A model generated the notes under the pieces. That model ran no database searches, was not told where the DNA came from, and saw only the letters and a list, made by a program, of their open reading frames with translations. A program made the translations under genes and the position numbers. From positions 1 to 10,506 of the forward strand of contig JBEBGD010000149.1 in the NCBI GenBank assembly GCA_040081625.1: DNA of 10,506 nucleotides, in the 5' to 3' direction. Source of the stretch: Chthoniobacteraceae bacterium (lineage in GTDB: Bacteria; Verrucomicrobiota; Verrucomicrobiia; Chthoniobacterales; Chthoniobacteraceae). Of this stretch, positions 7,720 through 10,506 are shown one piece after another. Every line of letters begins with the position of its first letter. Within the stretch, counting starts at the first letter, position 1.

Positions 7720-9630
7720 ATGTCACCCGCCCGCCGTCTCGAACTGCTCATCTTCCTCGCCACCTGGTTCGGCTTCGCTTTCTTCAATCAGGGCGGCGGT
7801 TGGAACCAGAACTCGCGCTTCGCCGAGATCCGCGCGATGGCCGAGCAGGGGCGCTTCGCGATCGACGATTTCCTCGTCTATCGCAAAGCCGACGAGAGCG
7901 GAAAGCTGCGGCGCCTGCCTGTCGAGCGCGCCGAATACACCGACGGCGGAAAGCGACATCGGCTCTGCTGGGTCGATGGCACGTGGACTTTCTTTCCCGT
8001 CGGCGATGCGCCGCTGCGCGAGGGCGTCGAGAAATCGCCGATGGTGCCGGAGGTGCCGGGGCAGGGCTGTGCGTCGGGCGACGTGGCTTTCGTCGAGCGC
8101 ACCGGCCATTTCCACCCGAACAAACCACCGGGCACGTCGTTCATGGGACTTCCGGCGTATTACTTGATCCATCGCATCGAGCGCGCGCTCGGCATCGATC
8201 CCGATCATTGGTGGACGCTGAACATGAACCTCTGGCTGACGACCATCTTCAGCGTCGGGCTCATGTCCGCGGTCGGTTGCGTGCTCTTCCTGCGGCTCGC
8301 GATTAAGTTCGCTGGCGGCAAGACCACACCCGCGCTGCTCGCGACGATCGCCTTCGCGTTCGGCACCACGTTCTTTCCATTCGCGACGATCCTCTTCGAT
8401 CACGCGCTCACCGCGGCGCTGCTCATCGCGGCATTCTACTGTCTGTCGTGGGATCGATGCGGCGAACACGGCACGTGCGCGCTGCGCCGCACTTCGCCCG
8501 ATGTGCGCCACGCACTCGCCGGACTCTCAGCCGGACTCGCGGTGGTGACGAACTACGTCGCCGTCGGCGCAGTCTTCGCGCTCGGCCTCTACGCCCTGCT
8601 CGCGGGTGGCGTGCGCTGGCGCCGCGCGATCGCTTTCGCCGTCGGCGGCGTGCCGATGGCGGCGCTGCTGCTGTGGTATCACCAGGTGAATTTCGGTTCG
8701 CCCATCGCGCTCGCGAACGACTTCCAGAACCCGATCTTCAAGACCGAGAGCGGCTCGCTCGGGATGTTCGGCCAGCCGAATCCGTATGTCGTCGGCCTGC
8801 TCGCCGTGTCGCCGTATCGCGGCGTGCTGTGGCTCTGCCCCGTGCTGATCGCGGGCATCTACGGATGGGTCGTCTGGCTTCGCGACAAGACGTGGGCTGC
8901 CGAGGCGCGGCTCGGCATCGCGATCTTCGGCTTCTTCTTCCTCGTGAACGCGAGCTTCAATGGCTACCACGCCGGCTACTCCGCCGGCCCGCGCTACCTC
9001 GTGCCGGGCATCCCGTTCCTCGCGCTCGCGACGGTCGTCGCCTTCGTGCACTGGCGGAAGACGGCGCTGGTGCTGCTCGGCGTGTCGGTCGTGCAGCAGT
9101 TCCTCCTCACCGCGACCGATGGCCAGTGCCCGCTCGCCGTCGGCCACCACGCGCGCATCGACGACGCGCATCGCAAGGACGACTTCTTCTGCAATCTCGT
9201 CACCGAATACGCCGCGCCGCTTTTCTTCACGGGCAAAGTCGGACCGATCCTGCGCTGGATGCGCGACATCAAGCTCGAGGAAGCCGCCGATCGTCTCGAA
9301 AACGAGGAGCCCGACGAAGCCGTCCGCGCGCAGAAGCTCGCTGAGGAACGCGCGCGTCTGGACGCCGCGATCGAGCGTGGCGATCGCGAACCCTTCCTCC
9401 TCGCGGCGATCCGCGGCCCGGTGTCGGTAAATCCGGTCGGTGTCTATGACGGGATGCTCGGCTGGGGCATGTTCCCGCTCGACTCCGGGCAGAGCGATTG
9501 GGCGTCATTCAATGCCGGCGAGTTCCTCGCCCCGCGCTCGCGCTGGAGCGTGCTCCCGTGGCTGCTCGTGGTCGGCGGTGGGATGGCGCTCGCGCTGCGG
9601 ATGGCGCGGCGCTCGGACGCGCAGCTTTAG
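7720..9630 (+). CDS. Polytopic inner-membrane protein, probable GT-C-fold glycosyltransferase (PMT/ArnT-like), 636 aa
   Basis: About 11-13 hydrophobic helices. TM1 is followed by a large loop (WNQNSRF...GRFAIDD...GHFHPNKPPGTS), then WYHQVNFGSP, SPYRGVLW..P and GGW-like GYSAGPRYLVPGIPFL motifs typical of GT-C-like proteins. Start placed at ATG 7720 rather than TTG 7678. Substrate unknown. Confidence 0.65.
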   Translation: MSPARRLELLIFLATWFGFAFFNQGGGWNQNSRFAEIRAMAEQGRFAIDDFLVYRKADESGKLRRLPVERAEYTDGGKRHRLCWVDGTWTFFPVGDAPLREGVEKSPMVPEVPGQGCASGDVAFVERTGHFHPNKPPGTSFMGLPAYYLIHRIERALGIDPDHWWTLNMNLWLTTIFSVGLMSAVGCVLFLRLAIKFAGGKTTPALLATIAFAFGTTFFPFATILFDHALTAALLIAAFYCLSWDRCGEHGTCALRRTSPDVRHALAGLSAGLAVVTNYVAVGAVFALGLYALLAGGVRWRRAIAFAVGGVPMAALLLWYHQVNFGSPIALANDFQNPIFKTESGSLGMFGQPNPYVVGLLAVSPYRGVLWLCPVLIAGIYGWVVWLRDKTWAAEARLGIAIFGFFFLVNASFNGYHAGYSAGPRYLVPGIPFLALATVVAFVHWRKTALVLLGVSVVQQFLLTATDGQCPLAVGHHARIDDAHRKDDFFCNLVTEYAAPLFFTGKVGPILRWMRDIKLEEAADRLENEEPDEAVRAQKLAEERARLDAAIERGDREPFLLAAIRGPVSVNPVGVYDGMLGWGMFPLDSGQSDWASFNAGEFLAPRSRWSVLPWLLVVGGGMALALRMARRSDAQL

Positions 9631-10505
9631 TCTTCGATTCCGAGGCGGTCTTCGCGCTCGACGCGGCGCTCGACTTCCCCCGCGGCGAGCAGCAGCGGGA
9701 ACAGGACGAGATGCATCCACATGTGCGACTTGATGATCGTGAACGCGATCGCCCCGGTGACGATGAGCGGGTTCACAAACCGGACGACGATAAGCGTCGC
9801 GAGCCCGAACGCATGACGCCGCGGGTGGCGCGTGACGAGCCCAATGGTCATCGCGAGGAGCGAACGCAGCATGCGCCCGCCATCCATCGGGAAGCACGGC
9901 AGCAGGTTGAAGATCGCGATGACCACGTTGATCGAGCAGCCGGCCTCGAGCAGCATGAGGATCGCGGAGCGTCCCGCGGGGCTGTCGATGGGTGGAAGGA
10001 ATTCCGCCAGGAGCCAGAACGCGCCCGCCAGCGCGAGGCTCGCCGCCGGGCCGGCGAAGGCGACCCAGAATTCGCGGGTGTCGAAGAGCGGTTTGCGCAT
10101 GAGCGCCGCCGCGCCGACGGGCAGGATGACCACCCGCTCGGTGTCGATCCCGCAGTGCCGTGCCGCGAAGACGTGAGCGAATTCGTGAACCAGCAGGCAT
10201 CCCCACAGCAAGGCGAGAAAGCCCTCGAGCAGGATCGCGAGCCCGAGTTGGCTCATGTGCATACTTCGCGCAGCGTGGCCGGTGAAGGCCAGGCACAGCA
10301 GAAAGCCGGCGGGATAAATGAGGCAGCTCGTATGGATCTCCACTGGCACCGCGGCGATGCTGCCGAGGCGGATCGCGCTCCACGAGAAGCGCCGGGCGGG
10401 CGGGCGCCCGGGCGGGATTCGCCGCAGCGTGCGGCGTGGCCGGACGCGGGTGCGGGCGAAGGCGGGTTCGGTCTGACGCGGGAAGGACGCAGTGCGCGGG
10501 TTCAT
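9627..10505 (-). CDS. Site-2 protease family intramembrane zinc metalloprotease (peptidase M50B-like, no CBS/PDZ domain)
   Basis: HExxH (LVHEFAH), I.ILPVGAAA loop, EFWVAFAGP, and the third-ligand motif FNLLPCFPMDGGRML; N-terminal RLGSIAAVPVEIH strand. The start is at the window edge and uncertain. Converges on the GT-C gene with overlapping stops (TTAG 9627-9630). Confidence 0.9.
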   Translation of the reverse strand: MNPRTASFPRQTEPAFARTRVRPRRTLRRIPPGRPPARRFSWSAIRLGSIAAVPVEIHTSCLIYPAGFLLCLAFTGHAARSMHMSQLGLAILLEGFLALLWGCLLVHEFAHVFAARHCGIDTERVVILPVGAAALMRKPLFDTREFWVAFAGPAASLALAGAFWLLAEFLPPIDSPAGRSAILMLLEAGCSINVVIAIFNLLPCFPMDGGRMLRSLLAMTIGLVTRHPRRHAFGLATLIVVRFVNPLIVTGAIAFTIIKSHMWMHLVLFPLLLAAGEVERRVEREDRLGIED

Positions 10506-10506
10506 C

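Noticed and set aside
8455..8505. Weak inverted repeat (GGCGAA...TTCGCC) in a Cys-containing loop of the GT-C-like gene, a possible second palindromic insertion
   Set aside because: Only about 6 bp of perfect pairing in GC-rich DNA and no heptamer units, so it is compatible with chance.

Overview
GC-rich bacterial chromosomal window; the gene families and repeat style suggest a Verrucomicrobia/PVC organism (inference only). From right to left on the minus strand: a site-2 (M50) protease, a lactate/glycolate permease translationally coupled to a secreted SGNH hydrolase, then an operon with its own sigma70-like promoter. That operon encodes a 930-aa membrane sensor with no output domain (TMs-Cache-like-3xPAS-GAF-coiled coil), a soluble GAF-PAS hybrid histidine kinase, and the start of a universal stress protein at the left edge. 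One plus-strand gene encodes a polytopic GT-C-like membrane protein. Two observations stand out. First, the sensor and kinase look like a 'split' sensor kinase whose halves may dock through complementary coiled-coil motifs (a C-terminal 'LAREDRVARLKAEINAL..RGQPPRY' tail and an internal 'SRLALLSVLED' helix). Second, a 144-bp inverted pair of 7-bp tandem-repeat arrays sits in frame inside the permease gene, and its unit variants avoid stop codons. No rRNA, tRNA, CRISPR array or transposase was seen.
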